Shown here piece after piece: positions 1-9,222 of a DNA stretch of 64,000 bases. Position numbers and translations under genes: made by a program. Source of the stretch: Pseudomonadota bacterium (lineage in GTDB: Bacteria; Pseudomonadota; Alphaproteobacteria; Sphingomonadales; Sphingomonadaceae); the NCBI GenBank assembly GCA_040390165.1, contig JAZJYW010000006.1, positions 122,985-186,984 of the forward strand, in the 5' to 3' direction. A model generated the notes under the pieces. The model was not told the DNA's origin and searched no databases. It worked only from the letters and a program-made list of their open reading frames with translations. Every line of letters starts with the position of its first letter. Position 1 is the stretch's first letter.

Positions 1-295
1 GTATCTGAACGAAGCAGCGGTTCGGCGAAGCGTCGACGCCGAGAATCGTCGCGGCATCCACCATGCCGTCCTTTCCGACGATCCCCGCTTCGGCTTCGAA
101 GCCCGCGCTCGTCATCGCCACGATCGACGCAATGCCGCTTTCCATAAACCAGCAATATTCGATCGTTTCGCCGGGGCGAACGAGATCCTGCCCGCGAACC
201 AAATCGACCTCGACGAGGTCGGGTTCCACCATTGCAAAGTCCGCTGCGCTCATGGCGCGCAACAGGTGATTCCTGACGGCAATCTGATCTGGCAA
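1..295 (-). CDS. Crp/Fnr-family transcriptional regulator, N-terminal part (runs off window start)
   Basis: Manual minus-strand translation (not in ORF track): LPDQIAVRNHLLRAMSAADFAMVEPDLVEVDLVRGQDLVRPGETIEYCWFMESGIASIVAMTSAGFEAEAGIVGKDGMV, a typical cNMP-binding domain start. The TTG start at 295 is tentative. Confidence 0.8.
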   Translation of the reverse strand, partial: MPDQIAVRNHLLRAMSAADFAMVEPDLVEVDLVRGQDLVRPGETIEYCWFMESGIASIVAMTSAGFEAEAGIVGKDGMVDAATILGVDASPNRCFVQI

Positions 296-859
296 GTCGG
301 CGCCCCCACACAACGGGGCGGGAGACCAATTCTCTCAGCCGGCTGCGCCCATGCTGTGGCAGTCGGTCAAAACAACATGGGTACGGCACCTCTAAATTGC
401 GACCCGCGCGGAGTCGGTACGGTGTCGTACCCATCGGAGGCGGGCGACGTCTGCTTCTGTCGCGCGTGATCGTATCCCGAGTGCGGCCCATTGATGGTCA
501 GGATCGGGTTTATTCCCACGCTTTCTGCGACTGCACACGGTGGACGCTCGCGCCCGATCGGATCGGCTAAGCTGGTCGCGATACCGTTGGTGCGGTGTGT
601 TCTTCGGTATCCGAAAGCTTGCGCAATAGCCCCGCTGCAAGAACAACGGCTGCCATCCCGCCGGTGGGCGGAGGCGGTTCCTCAATGCCGCGTTCCAACC
701 TCGGCTGAGCTCGCCCGTCCCCGGACGCGGCTAATCCGGGGCCCCCGCAAGCAGCCACTCCCCATCGAACCGGGTCGCGAGCAGCGTGCTTGCAAGCCCT
801 ACCATTTGTTAATCGATGGCGCGCTACCACAACTGCGGGGGCATCGCCGAAGGACAGCA

Positions 860-1993
860 ATGCCAAACCGATCCAATATCCCCAGCGGCACCTATATCGT
901 TGCCGTGCGCTCGCTGTATGCGACGCTCACGCCAAGCATCATCATGGCAACAGCGTTCCTCGGCGTTGGTGCGCAGGTCGCGATTACGGCGTCCGACTTG
1001 CCCCTCACGCTGCTGGTCGTGCTTGGCGAAGCTGCCTTGTTGGCGCGGCTCGGTCTATTGCTTCTTTATCGTGCCAGCGCGAGCAGCGAGGCGTTGGATC
1101 TGGCAGGCGCGCGCAACCTCGAACGAAAATTCGCAATCGCCTATTTCGCTTTCGCCGCTGCATTCGGCGCGTTCAGCGCCCGCGCTTTCGAGGTTGCGGA
1201 CGTCGGGTCGCACATGCTCGTGGTCGGACTGTTATTTGGTTATGCGGCCGGCGTCGCGGCGGGCGTATTCCTTCGGCCCTGGATCGCGCTGCCGAGTATA
1301 ATACTCGCCGTGGCTCCAACAGGCACGCTCGCTCTGACCGCGTCCGATTTCACATACCGTTCGGTCGGCATCCTGCTTCTGATGTTCCTTGGCGGGGGCG
1401 TGCATAGCATGATGCGAAATTATTCCGCGGCCGTTTCCGAAATCACGGCGCGCGGTACATTCGCGCTGCTCGCCCGGGCGGACGCGCTTACCGGCCTGGA
1501 TAATCGTCTGTCGCTGCGTGACGCGTTCGACACGGCTCTCGCCCGGGCCGACCGGGGAGATGTTCTTGTCGTGCACTGCCTCGACCTCGACCGCTTCAAG
1601 GCGGTCAACGACACCTATGGCCATCCCGTGGGCGATGCACTTCTCAAAGCTGTTGCGGACAGGCTGCGCCGCGTCCTTCGTTCAGGCGATGTGGCGGCGA
1701 GGATCGGGGGCGACGAATTCGTGATCCTGCAGTTGCATGCGGAGCATGCAAGCGAGGCGGAGTTGCTGGCGCGCCGGATTGCGCGTGCGGTGTCCCGGCC
1801 TTACTCGATCCTGGGTCATCAACTCTCGATAAGTACCAGTGTTGGCTATGCGCTGCACGCTGCAGATGGCGCCGACATGGACCAGCTGATCGCGCGTGCC
1901 GATGAAGCACTTATCCGGATTAAGCGCGGTGGCGGAGGCGTCTGCGCCTACCAAACCAACGCATATCGGGAAGCGCATAAATTGTCAGCGTGA
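860..1993 (+). CDS. Membrane-bound diguanylate cyclase (multi-TM N-terminus + GGDEF)
   Basis: DLDRFKAVNDTYGHPVGD, RSGD I-site, ARIGGDEF and several hydrophobic helices. ATG 860 follows an AAGGA RBS; the ORF-track start at 491 is probably too long. Confidence 0.9.
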   Translation: MPNRSNIPSGTYIVAVRSLYATLTPSIIMATAFLGVGAQVAITASDLPLTLLVVLGEAALLARLGLLLLYRASASSEALDLAGARNLERKFAIAYFAFAAAFGAFSARAFEVADVGSHMLVVGLLFGYAAGVAAGVFLRPWIALPSIILAVAPTGTLALTASDFTYRSVGILLLMFLGGGVHSMMRNYSAAVSEITARGTFALLARADALTGLDNRLSLRDAFDTALARADRGDVLVVHCLDLDRFKAVNDTYGHPVGDALLKAVADRLRRVLRSGDVAARIGGDEFVILQLHAEHASEAELLARRIARAVSRPYSILGHQLSISTSVGYALHAADGADMDQLIARADEALIRIKRGGGGVCAYQTNAYREAHKLSA

Positions 1994-2347
1994 GCGCGAA
2001 GCCTGTTTAGGCCGCGGTGTTCCTGCTTTTCGCTTGGTTATCCCGATCTATCGGATCGCTGCCGACCCGGCCCGGCCCGCTGCCCAATACCCACGATGGC
2101 GCAAAGATCGGGAACGTGCTGGCCGTTCCCAGCCTCGGGAATATTGAGGCATTGATGGCCCGCAATAGCTGAAGCCGACCGGTCCAGGCCACGTCCTGGC
2201 CAAGGCTCGAATCGACCGCGATCAGGTTGCGGCGCAGATATCGCAGTTCCGACCGCTGCCGGCCGTCGTAGCGGTGATCGGCCGCCTGACCTCGATCATG
2301 GCTCTGGCCACAGGTCAGCCGGTTTCCGACAACGAGTACTATGACGT

Positions 2348-2368
2348 TGGAGCGGGCGAAGGGATTCG
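2348..2368 (-). mobile_element. Isolated 3' fragment of tRNA-Gly; candidate attachment (att) site
   Basis: Minus strand reads CGAATCCCTTCGCCCGCTCCA, matching the T-loop, acceptor stem and CCA of alphaproteobacterial tRNA-Gly as I recall it. The rest of the tRNA is absent. Confidence 0.7.
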
Positions 2369-2437
2369 TTCGTTGCCGTCATTTTTGAGAGCGAAGGTGT
2401 ATAATCCTTCAGCCACAGCGTCGAGCGCAGGTGCCTT

Positions 2438-2899
2438 TTGCAGCTCGGGAGTGGCGCGGCAGGCCTGGCCCTGCAAATCACCACGGCGGAGCAACTCGGG
2501 CATGCGCGTATCATCGGTTACATCCCGGATATCCTATACGCTCCCGAACTGTCGTATCTCGACGAGTTGCCGATCCGGGCGAAGCCGCAACTCCGATCGT
2601 CGAGCATCAACGCCCAGCACCGCATGATCGCGTCAGGCGCCGGTGCCGGCATCCTTCCGTGCTTCATCGGCGATATCGACCCGCAATTACGGCGCGTGCT
2701 GTGCGACCTGAGCATTACGCGAAGCTTCTGGCTGGCGACCCATCGCGAAACCCATCCATTCCCTCAGGTGCGCCTCTTCATCAACTGGATGGTCGATTTG
2801 ACGTCGCGCCATCGCACATTGCTGATGGGCGATCTCGCCGCCTTGTCGGTGCACGGATCGCATTCCGGGCGTCGCGATCGACATGCGGCAATCGACTAG
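2438..2899 (+). pseudogene. LysR-family regulator fragment (C-terminal substrate-binding domain only)
   Basis: LRSSSINAQHRMIASGAGAGILPCFIG...FWLATHRE...VRLFINWM is the LysR PBP2 C-terminal pattern. There is no HTH domain and no plausible start upstream. Confidence 0.75.
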
Positions 2900-2908
2900 C
2901 GTCCTGCC

Positions 2909-2955
2909 TGAATTACCGATAAAGCGACACACAGTGATAATGTTTAATCGGTGAA
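2909..2955. promoter_or_regulatory. Candidate operator upstream of VOC-iclR
   Basis: TGAATTACCGATA plus imperfect inverted repeat TTACCGAT...ATCGGTGA. A near-identical 13-mer occurs at 4569. Confidence 0.4.
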
Positions 2956-3008
2956 GCGGACTCTTGCTCGTGCACGGTCCAACTCTCGGCTTCATGACGG
3001 AGGCTAAA

Positions 3009-3608
3009 GTGACGAATCAGCAGGATATCCCGGTCGCCGGGCCGCCACGGATGCTGCACCACACGGCCTATGTCACGCACGACGTAACCGCCACCGTGGA
3101 GTTCTATACGCGGGTGTTGCGCATGAAGTTGGTCAGCTCGGTGATCGACGATGCGGTTCCATCGACGGGCGACCCCTTCCCCTATATCCATCTGTTCTTC
3201 GAAATGGCCGACGGGTCGACGATCGCATTTTTCGAATCGCTCGACCTGCCGCCGGCTCCGGCTCCGTCCCATCCCGCTTATGAGATCTTCAATCATCTCG
3301 CGCTGGATGCCGGATCGGTGGAGGCTGTCGATGGCTGGGCCGAGCATCTGAGCGCACAGGGCATCGACTATATCGGCCCGGTGAATCACGGGATCATCTA
3401 TAGCATCTACTTCCGCGACCCCAACGGCCTCCGCCTCGAGCTGACCGCGGACGTGATTCCCGAATGGAAGCTGCACGGGGCGCAGGCGGCCGAGGATGTC
3501 GCCAAATGGCAGGAACTGAAACAGCGAAGCGCGCGCGAGGGCAGCAGCGACAGCGCAGTTGCGTGGATCAAGGAACGACGCCTGTCGCGGCCTGGGGCGC
3601 ACGACTGA
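3009..3608 (+). CDS. VOC (glyoxalase/extradiol dioxygenase fold) protein
   Basis: LHHTAY, VPSTGDPFPYIHLFF, NHLAL, SIYFRDPNGLRLEL. GTG 3009 follows GGAGG (alternative ATG 2994). Confidence 0.88.
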   Translation: MTNQQDIPVAGPPRMLHHTAYVTHDVTATVEFYTRVLRMKLVSSVIDDAVPSTGDPFPYIHLFFEMADGSTIAFFESLDLPPAPAPSHPAYEIFNHLALDAGSVEAVDGWAEHLSAQGIDYIGPVNHGIIYSIYFRDPNGLRLELTADVIPEWKLHGAQAAEDVAKWQELKQRSAREGSSDSAVAWIKERRLSRPGAHD

Positions 3609-3698
3609 GCCGCCGCCGGGCAGTCCTCTTTCCGGGCGGGCTTGGCTTTAGCCGGAGCCTTGCCCTAGCATCGGGTCTTCACAACGAGGTCAGCGCGT

Positions 3699-4571
3699 TT
3701 GCCCCCAGGTCCAGGCCCCCTTCCCGGCGCTCCCGAGCCGGAGCTTCAATCCGCCGCATCGGGGGACGGAAAGCTCGGCATCCAGTCTCTCGAGATCGGC
3801 ATGCGGCTGATGGCGGCCTTGATGGAGCACGCCTTCGACAGTCCGCCGCCGATGCTGAAGACGCTTGCCGCCAGCGCCGGGATGCCGCCGGCAAAGGCGC
3901 ACCGCTACATGGTCAGCCTGATCCGATCGCAACTCGTGGAGCGCGATGAAGCGAGCGGCCGGTATAAATTGGGTCCGATGGCGCGGCTGATGGGGTTGCG
4001 CGCGATCCAGTCGATCGATGTCGTCCGCCTGGCCGGCTCGCGCCTGCCGCTGATTTGCGCCGACCTGGGATTTTCGGTGGCGGTAGCGATCTGGGCGCAG
4101 GACGGGCCGACGATCATCGCCGTCGAAGAGGCACGCCGGCCGATCACGATCGGCACGCGCATCGGCGAAGTCATGCCGATCCTGAGCTCCGCCACCGGGC
4201 TTGTCTTCGGCGCCTGGCTGCCCAGGGCGCTCACGCGCAAGCTGATCGATCGCGATTGCGGTGCGGCGACCGGCAGGGAAGCGGGTCACGCATCCTTCGA
4301 ACGCGAAATCGACCGGCGCTTAGACGATGTCGTCAGGGCGGGACTGGGCACGACCGAGGGCGGCCTCAATCCCACCGTCAATGCGCTTTCCGCGCCGATC
4401 TTCGACCATCGCGGCGTGCTGGTGGCAGCACTTTCCACGCTCGGGCCCGCGGGCGAACTCGATGTCTCTCCCGACGGCGCCATCGCGGTATCGCTGCGAA
4501 AATTCGCTGCGGAACTCTCCGCCGAGCTGGGCTTCACTCCGAAGATGAACGGCGCAGTGCGTGGCGATTGA
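3699..4571 (+). CDS. IclR-family transcriptional regulator
   Basis: GIQSLEIG...LAASAGMPPAKAHRYMVSL HTH, YKLGP, SSATG, ALSAPIFD. Confidence 0.92.
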   Translation: MPPGPGPLPGAPEPELQSAASGDGKLGIQSLEIGMRLMAALMEHAFDSPPPMLKTLAASAGMPPAKAHRYMVSLIRSQLVERDEASGRYKLGPMARLMGLRAIQSIDVVRLAGSRLPLICADLGFSVAVAIWAQDGPTIIAVEEARRPITIGTRIGEVMPILSSATGLVFGAWLPRALTRKLIDRDCGAATGREAGHASFEREIDRRLDDVVRAGLGTTEGGLNPTVNALSAPIFDHRGVLVAALSTLGPAGELDVSPDGAIAVSLRKFAAELSAELGFTPKMNGAVRGD

Positions 4572-4610
4572 ATTACGGATATTGCTATTCGAATGCGCTA
4601 TTCGTAATTG
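4569..4610. promoter_or_regulatory. Palindromic operator candidate upstream of acuI-prpB
   Basis: AATTACG(4571-4577)...CGTAATT(4603-4609) surrounding the central palindrome ATTCGAAT(4587-4594), in AT-rich intergenic DNA. Confidence 0.5.
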
Positions 4611-4643
4611 AAGGCTTCGATGCCAATTGAAGTCGAGGACCCG

Positions 4644-5630
4644 ATGCCAACGTTCCGCGCGGTAATGATCGAAGAGGTGGATGGCAAACAGGCGGCGCGG
4701 GAACGCGACCTCACGCTGGCCGATCTTCCCGGCCACGACGTCCTGGTCGAAGTCGGTTTTTCGAGCCTGAACTACAAGGACGGGCTGGCGGTACTCGGCA
4801 AGAAGATCGCCCGGCGCCTGCCGATGATCGCCGGGATCGACATCGCCGGCACCGTCGTCGAATCGCGATCGCCGCAATGGTCGGCGGGCGACAAGGTAGT
4901 CGTGAACGGCTGGGGCATGTCGGAAACCGAGCAGGGCGGATATACCCGCTACCAGCGCGTCAAGCCGGAATGGCTGGTCCGCCTGCCCGAAGCGCTTTCG
5001 CTGGAACAGGCTGCAGCGATCGGCACAGCCGGCTACACCGCTGCATTGTGCGTCGATGCGCTGGAGGATTGGGGCGTCGAAAAGGGCGGACGCGAAGTCC
5101 TGGTCACCGGCGCGGCGGGCGGCGTCGGATCTGTGGCGATCGCGCTGCTGGCCAAGGCCGGTTACCGCGTGACGGCGTCGACCGGGCGCGCCGAAACGCA
5201 TGCCTATCTCTCCTCGCTGGGGGCCACCGCGTTCGTGACGCGCGCGGAATTGCAGGAGAAGGGGCCGCCGCTGGCGAAGGAACGCTGGGCGGGCGCAGTG
5301 GATTCGGTCGGCAGCACCACCCTGGCGACAGTGCTGTCGCAGACCGTCTATGGCGGCGCGGTGGCCGCGTGCGGGCTTGCCGGCGGCGTCGATCTTCCCG
5401 CCACCGTGCTTCCGCATATCCTGCGCGGGGTCGCGTTGCTCGGCGTCGATTCGGTGATGGCCCCGCTCGCCAAGCGCAATCGCGCATGGCAGCGGCTGGC
5501 GCGCGATCTCGACCCCGCGCTTCTTGCCAGCATCACCACCGTCGAGCCGATGAGCAGGCTCCCCGAACTCGCGCCGCAGATCCTGGCCGGCCAGACGCGG
5601 GGACGGATCGTGATCGACGTGACGCGCTGA
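4644..5630 (+). CDS. acuI: Acryloyl-CoA reductase AcuI / YhdH-type MDR oxidoreductase
   Basis: SSLNYKDGLA, GIDIAG, IGTAGYTAAL, VTGAAGGVGS, ACGLAGG, ILRGVALLGVDSV, GRIVIDV. Confidence 0.88.
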   Translation: MPTFRAVMIEEVDGKQAARERDLTLADLPGHDVLVEVGFSSLNYKDGLAVLGKKIARRLPMIAGIDIAGTVVESRSPQWSAGDKVVVNGWGMSETEQGGYTRYQRVKPEWLVRLPEALSLEQAAAIGTAGYTAALCVDALEDWGVEKGGREVLVTGAAGGVGSVAIALLAKAGYRVTASTGRAETHAYLSSLGATAFVTRAELQEKGPPLAKERWAGAVDSVGSTTLATVLSQTVYGGAVAACGLAGGVDLPATVLPHILRGVALLGVDSVMAPLAKRNRAWQRLARDLDPALLASITTVEPMSRLPELAPQILAGQTRGRIVIDVTR

Positions 5631-5631
5631 C

Positions 5632-6534
5632 ATGGTCTCGCTGGTTGCCGCCGACCGGTCCGGAATTTCGGCGGGACGGCGATTCCGTGCGTTGCTGGAG
5701 CGGCCCGGCATCCTGCGCATGCCCGGTGTGTATAACGGGCTGTCGGCACTCCAGGCGAAGCGTGCCGGCTTCGAGGCCGCGTATCTGTCAGGCGCCGCGG
5801 TGTCGGCGGCGATGGGGCTTCCGGATCTCGGCATCACCACCATCGACGATCTGTGCTTCCACATCCGCCAGTGCGTCCATGCCGCCGATCTGCCGATGCT
5901 GGTCGATGGCGACACCGGCTTTGGCGGAGCGCTGAACGCGATGCACATGGTCCGCCGCTTCGAGGAGGCGGGCGCCGGGGCGGTGCAGATCGAGGATCAG
6001 GTGCTGCCCAAGAAGTGCGGGCATCTGAGCGACAAGAGGCTGGTCGACGCGCACGAGATGGCGGCGAAGATCGCCGCCGCCGCCCGCGCCCGCCGCGACA
6101 TGGTGATCGTCGCGCGCACCGACGCCGTCGCGCAGGAGGGCATTGATGCGGCGGTGGACCGTGCCAATCTCTATCTCGCCGCGGGGGCGGACGCGATCTT
6201 CCCCGAGGCGCTGCATGATGCCGGGATGTTCGCCGCCTTTGCGGCACGGGTGCAGGCACCGTTGCTGGCCAACATGACCGAGTTCGGCAAGACGCCGTAC
6301 TTCACTGCCGACGAGTTCGCCGAAATGGGCTTCCGGATGGTGATCTGGCCGGTCAGCGCGCTGCGCGTCGCCGCCCGAGCGCAGGAGGCGCTTTACGCGG
6401 CACTGGCACGGGACGGCAGCGCCGCGGCACAGCTGGATGCAATGCAGACGCGCGCCGAACTCTACGAAACGCTGGGCTATGGCCAATATGAGGAACTGGA
6501 CGCATCGATCGAGCGCTCGACGCTGCCTTCCTGA
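5632..6534 (+). CDS. prpB: 2-methylisocitrate lyase (ICL/PEP mutase family)
   Basis: YLSGAA, GLPDLG, VDGDTGFGG, IEDQVLPKKCGHL, ARTDA, LANMTEFGKTP, MQTRAELY. Confidence 0.88.
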   Translation: MVSLVAADRSGISAGRRFRALLERPGILRMPGVYNGLSALQAKRAGFEAAYLSGAAVSAAMGLPDLGITTIDDLCFHIRQCVHAADLPMLVDGDTGFGGALNAMHMVRRFEEAGAGAVQIEDQVLPKKCGHLSDKRLVDAHEMAAKIAAAARARRDMVIVARTDAVAQEGIDAAVDRANLYLAAGADAIFPEALHDAGMFAAFAARVQAPLLANMTEFGKTPYFTADEFAEMGFRMVIWPVSALRVAARAQEALYAALARDGSAAAQLDAMQTRAELYETLGYGQYEELDASIERSTLPS

Positions 6535-6541
6535 CCGATAC

Positions 6542-7402
6542 TCACGTGTCCGATGCCGGCAGCCACGGCGTGGAATATTGCCCGGCGCGGGCGGCCTTCA
6601 GTCCCGCCACCCCCTCCGCGCGGAGAATATCCTCGAAATATCGCCCATCCGGGGCCTTGGCGACCGAGCTCATCGTCTTGGTGATCGCATCTTGCGCGCG
6701 CCCGGCGACCCTGCCCGCCGCGCGGCCGCTGCTTTCGAGCACCGCCTCGATGCAGGCCTTGTTGAGATGGAGCGCCTCGCGCGGCATCCGCGCCAGGCGC
6801 TCGGCGAGATCGACCGCGCGCTCGAGCAGCAACGCCTCGGGTTCCACCGCAAGCACCAGGCCGATGCGTTCGGCGCGCCAGGCATCGATCATCTCGCCGG
6901 TGAAGATCAGATATTTCGTCCATGCCGCGCCGATCACCGGGACCAGGTCGGAGGCGCCGGGATGGCCGATTCGCCCTTCGATCAATCCGAACCGCGCGGT
7001 ATCGGCGGCAATCACGAAATCGCACTGCGCGACAAAGCCCATCGCGGTGCCCAGGCACAGGCCGTGGACCGCGGCGATCACCGGTTTGCGCACGCGCCGC
7101 ACCACTTCGTTGAAACGGACCACATTCTCGTTGAAGATCTGATTGTCGCGCGCGGTGTCGGGCGCGCTCTTGCCACCGATCCGGCTGAGATCGCCGCCCG
7201 CGCAGAACGCGCTCCCGGCCGCGCGGATCAGCACGCAGCCAATCGCTTCGTCTTCGCTGGCAATCGTCAGCGCGCGCGCGATTTCGTCGCGGCTCGATCC
7301 CGGTCCCATGCCCAGCGCGTTCAGTTTTTCCGGCCGATTGAGGATGATGTGGGCGACCTGGTTTTCCACCTCATAGAGAATGTGCTCGTAACGCTCCGAC
7401 AT
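6542..7402 (-). CDS. Enoyl-CoA hydratase/isomerase family protein
   Basis: LNRPEKLNA, AFCAGGDL, KPVIAAVHG, ARFGLIE, TGEMIDA. Confidence 0.9.
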   Translation of the reverse strand: MSERYEHILYEVENQVAHIILNRPEKLNALGMGPGSSRDEIARALTIASEDEAIGCVLIRAAGSAFCAGGDLSRIGGKSAPDTARDNQIFNENVVRFNEVVRRVRKPVIAAVHGLCLGTAMGFVAQCDFVIAADTARFGLIEGRIGHPGASDLVPVIGAAWTKYLIFTGEMIDAWRAERIGLVLAVEPEALLLERAVDLAERLARMPREALHLNKACIEAVLESSGRAAGRVAGRAQDAITKTMSSVAKAPDGRYFEDILRAEGVAGLKAARAGQYSTPWLPASDT

Positions 7403-7468
7403 TCGTCACTCCCTTCCGCCGAGCGATGAGCTTGACACTCATGCCCTCGTCGCGCAATCTTCCATAGT

Positions 7469-7489
7469 TGTATTCGATTCAACAATACA
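7469..7489. promoter_or_regulatory. Inverted repeat in divergent promoter (ECH / hydrolase operon)
   Basis: TGTATT-N9-AATACA in an AT-rich gap just upstream of the AGGGAGAG RBS. Confidence 0.35.
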
Positions 7490-7506
7490 TAATCTAGGGA
7501 GAGAGC

Positions 7507-8679
7507 GTGCTCGAAGAATTGCTTCAGGCGATCCCGATCGAGGCTGGTACGACGCAATCCGGTCTTGAGCTGCACTCGGGGATCGCGCGCCTCTATCCAC
7601 GCGTATACGGCAACCTTGTCCGGATCGCCGGATCGCGGGCGACGACGGGGATCATCATGGTCCATCCGATGTCGAACTTTCACGGGCACCATTTGCTGCA
7701 GCCGATTGCCACGTCGGGCATTCCGATCATCGGCCTGAACACGCGCTATGCCGGCAACGATGCCGTGGTCATCCTCGAGAATTGCCTGCTCGACATCGAT
7801 GCGGCGATCCGCTGGGCGCGCGAGCGTCACGGCTGGCAGAAGGTGATCCTGTGCGGCTTTTCAGGGGGCGGGCCGCTGGTCTCCCTCTACCAGCGCCAGG
7901 CCGAAAACCCGACGATCACCGCCACCCCTGCAGGCGATCCGCCGGACTTTACCAAGACGCCGCTGGCCCCCGCCGACGCATTGCTGCTGATCGCGGCCAG
8001 CCCCTCGCGCAGCCAGCTCTATCAGGAATTCATCGATCCGTCGGTGATCGACGAGCAGGATCCGGATCGGCGAGACCCGGAATTCGACCTGTACGCCGCG
8101 GGCCGCGAACCGCCTTACGACCGAGCTTGGTTCGCCGAATACCGGGTCCGGCAAAAGGCCCGCGTCCAGCGCATCGAAGACTTCGTCGTCGCCGAACTGA
8201 AGCGCCTCACCGCAATGGGGATTCGCGACCGCGCCTTCATCACGCATCGCACCGTTGCCGACCCGCGCTTCCTCGATTTGACCATCGATCCGGACGATCG
8301 CGCCGTCGGCACGATCTGGGGCGATCCCCGGGCGGCGAACGAAGCCCCGGGCCCGATGGGCCGCTTTTCGACGCTGCGCAGCTGGCTCAGCACGTGGAGC
8401 CCAACCTATTCGAACGGCGACAGCCTGAAGAACCTGCCGCACGTATCGGTGCCGATCGGGATGATGCCGATGACGGCGGACCAGGGCACGATGATGGTGC
8501 ACGGCCGTGCGATCCGCGATGCCGCGCCCGCGCATCTCGTCGATTTCTTCCCGCTCAAGGGCATGACGCATTATTTCCATGGCCAGCCCGAGGCTTTTGC
8601 GATGGCCGTCGAAGCGATCCGCTCGTGGATGGAGCGCTGGGGCCTCGAGCCCGGCGCACCGGAAAGCGGCCAGCCATGA
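7507..8679 (+). CDS. Alpha/beta hydrolase of uncharacterised family (paralog 1)
   Basis: NTRYAGND, GFSGGG nucleophile elbow, TADQG (Asp), THYF (His). Confidence 0.85.
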   Translation: MLEELLQAIPIEAGTTQSGLELHSGIARLYPRVYGNLVRIAGSRATTGIIMVHPMSNFHGHHLLQPIATSGIPIIGLNTRYAGNDAVVILENCLLDIDAAIRWARERHGWQKVILCGFSGGGPLVSLYQRQAENPTITATPAGDPPDFTKTPLAPADALLLIAASPSRSQLYQEFIDPSVIDEQDPDRRDPEFDLYAAGREPPYDRAWFAEYRVRQKARVQRIEDFVVAELKRLTAMGIRDRAFITHRTVADPRFLDLTIDPDDRAVGTIWGDPRAANEAPGPMGRFSTLRSWLSTWSPTYSNGDSLKNLPHVSVPIGMMPMTADQGTMMVHGRAIRDAAPAHLVDFFPLKGMTHYFHGQPEAFAMAVEAIRSWMERWGLEPGAPESGQP

Positions 8680-9215
8680 ATGCCCCGAACCCGGTCCAGT
8701 CGCTCCACCATTTCGCCTATCGATGCCGCAATGCCGAGGAGACGCGGCATTTCTACGAAGACATTCTCGGCATGCCGCTGGTCCACACCGTCTATCACGA
8801 TCATGTCCCGTCGACGGGTGAGTATCACCCCTATTTCCACATCTTCTTCCAGATGCGCGATGGCGGCTGCCTGGCCTTTTTCGACCTGCTCGACGACACC
8901 GGATACGTGCCGGACCCGGAGACGCCGCTTTGGGTCAATCACCTGGCGATGAAGGTCTCGTCCCGCCAAGAGCTCTCGGCGGCGAAAGCGCGGCTGGAAG
9001 CAAATGCAATCGAAGTGCTCGGCATCGTTGATCACAAGATCTTCGATTCGATCTATTTCTTCGATCCGAACGGCATTCGCCTCGAATTGACCTATGACAC
9101 GGCGAGCGCCGAGACGATCGCGCGGCTTGCCGCCGATGCCCATTCCGGGCTGGCGCAGCGCGATGCGAAGTTCGCCGAGCGTCAGGCGAGGCTCGCGGGC
9201 GAGGCGCGGCCTTGA
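8676..9215 (+). CDS. VOC family protein (paralog of 3009..3608)
   Basis: LHHFAYRC, VPSTGEYHPYFHIFF, WVNHLA, SIYFFDPNGIRLEL. ATGA overlap with the upstream stop. Confidence 0.88.
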   Translation: MNAPNPVQSLHHFAYRCRNAEETRHFYEDILGMPLVHTVYHDHVPSTGEYHPYFHIFFQMRDGGCLAFFDLLDDTGYVPDPETPLWVNHLAMKVSSRQELSAAKARLEANAIEVLGIVDHKIFDSIYFFDPNGIRLELTYDTASAETIARLAADAHSGLAQRDAKFAERQARLAGEARP

Positions 9216-9222
9216 GACCGAA

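Noticed and set aside
491-859. 123-aa N-terminal extension of the GGDEF ORF
   Set aside because: Low-complexity Arg/Pro-rich translation. A good RBS precedes ATG 860, and the region is better read as the divergent promoter.
2110-2150. Two small hairpins (GGGAACG/CGTTCCC; GCCTC/GAGGC) as an ncRNA or terminator
   Set aside because: Short stems, no U-tract and no recognisable family; expected by chance at this GC content.
2300-2420. Complete tRNA gene
   Set aside because: Only the last 21 nt match; D-arm, anticodon arm and 5' acceptor strand are absent.
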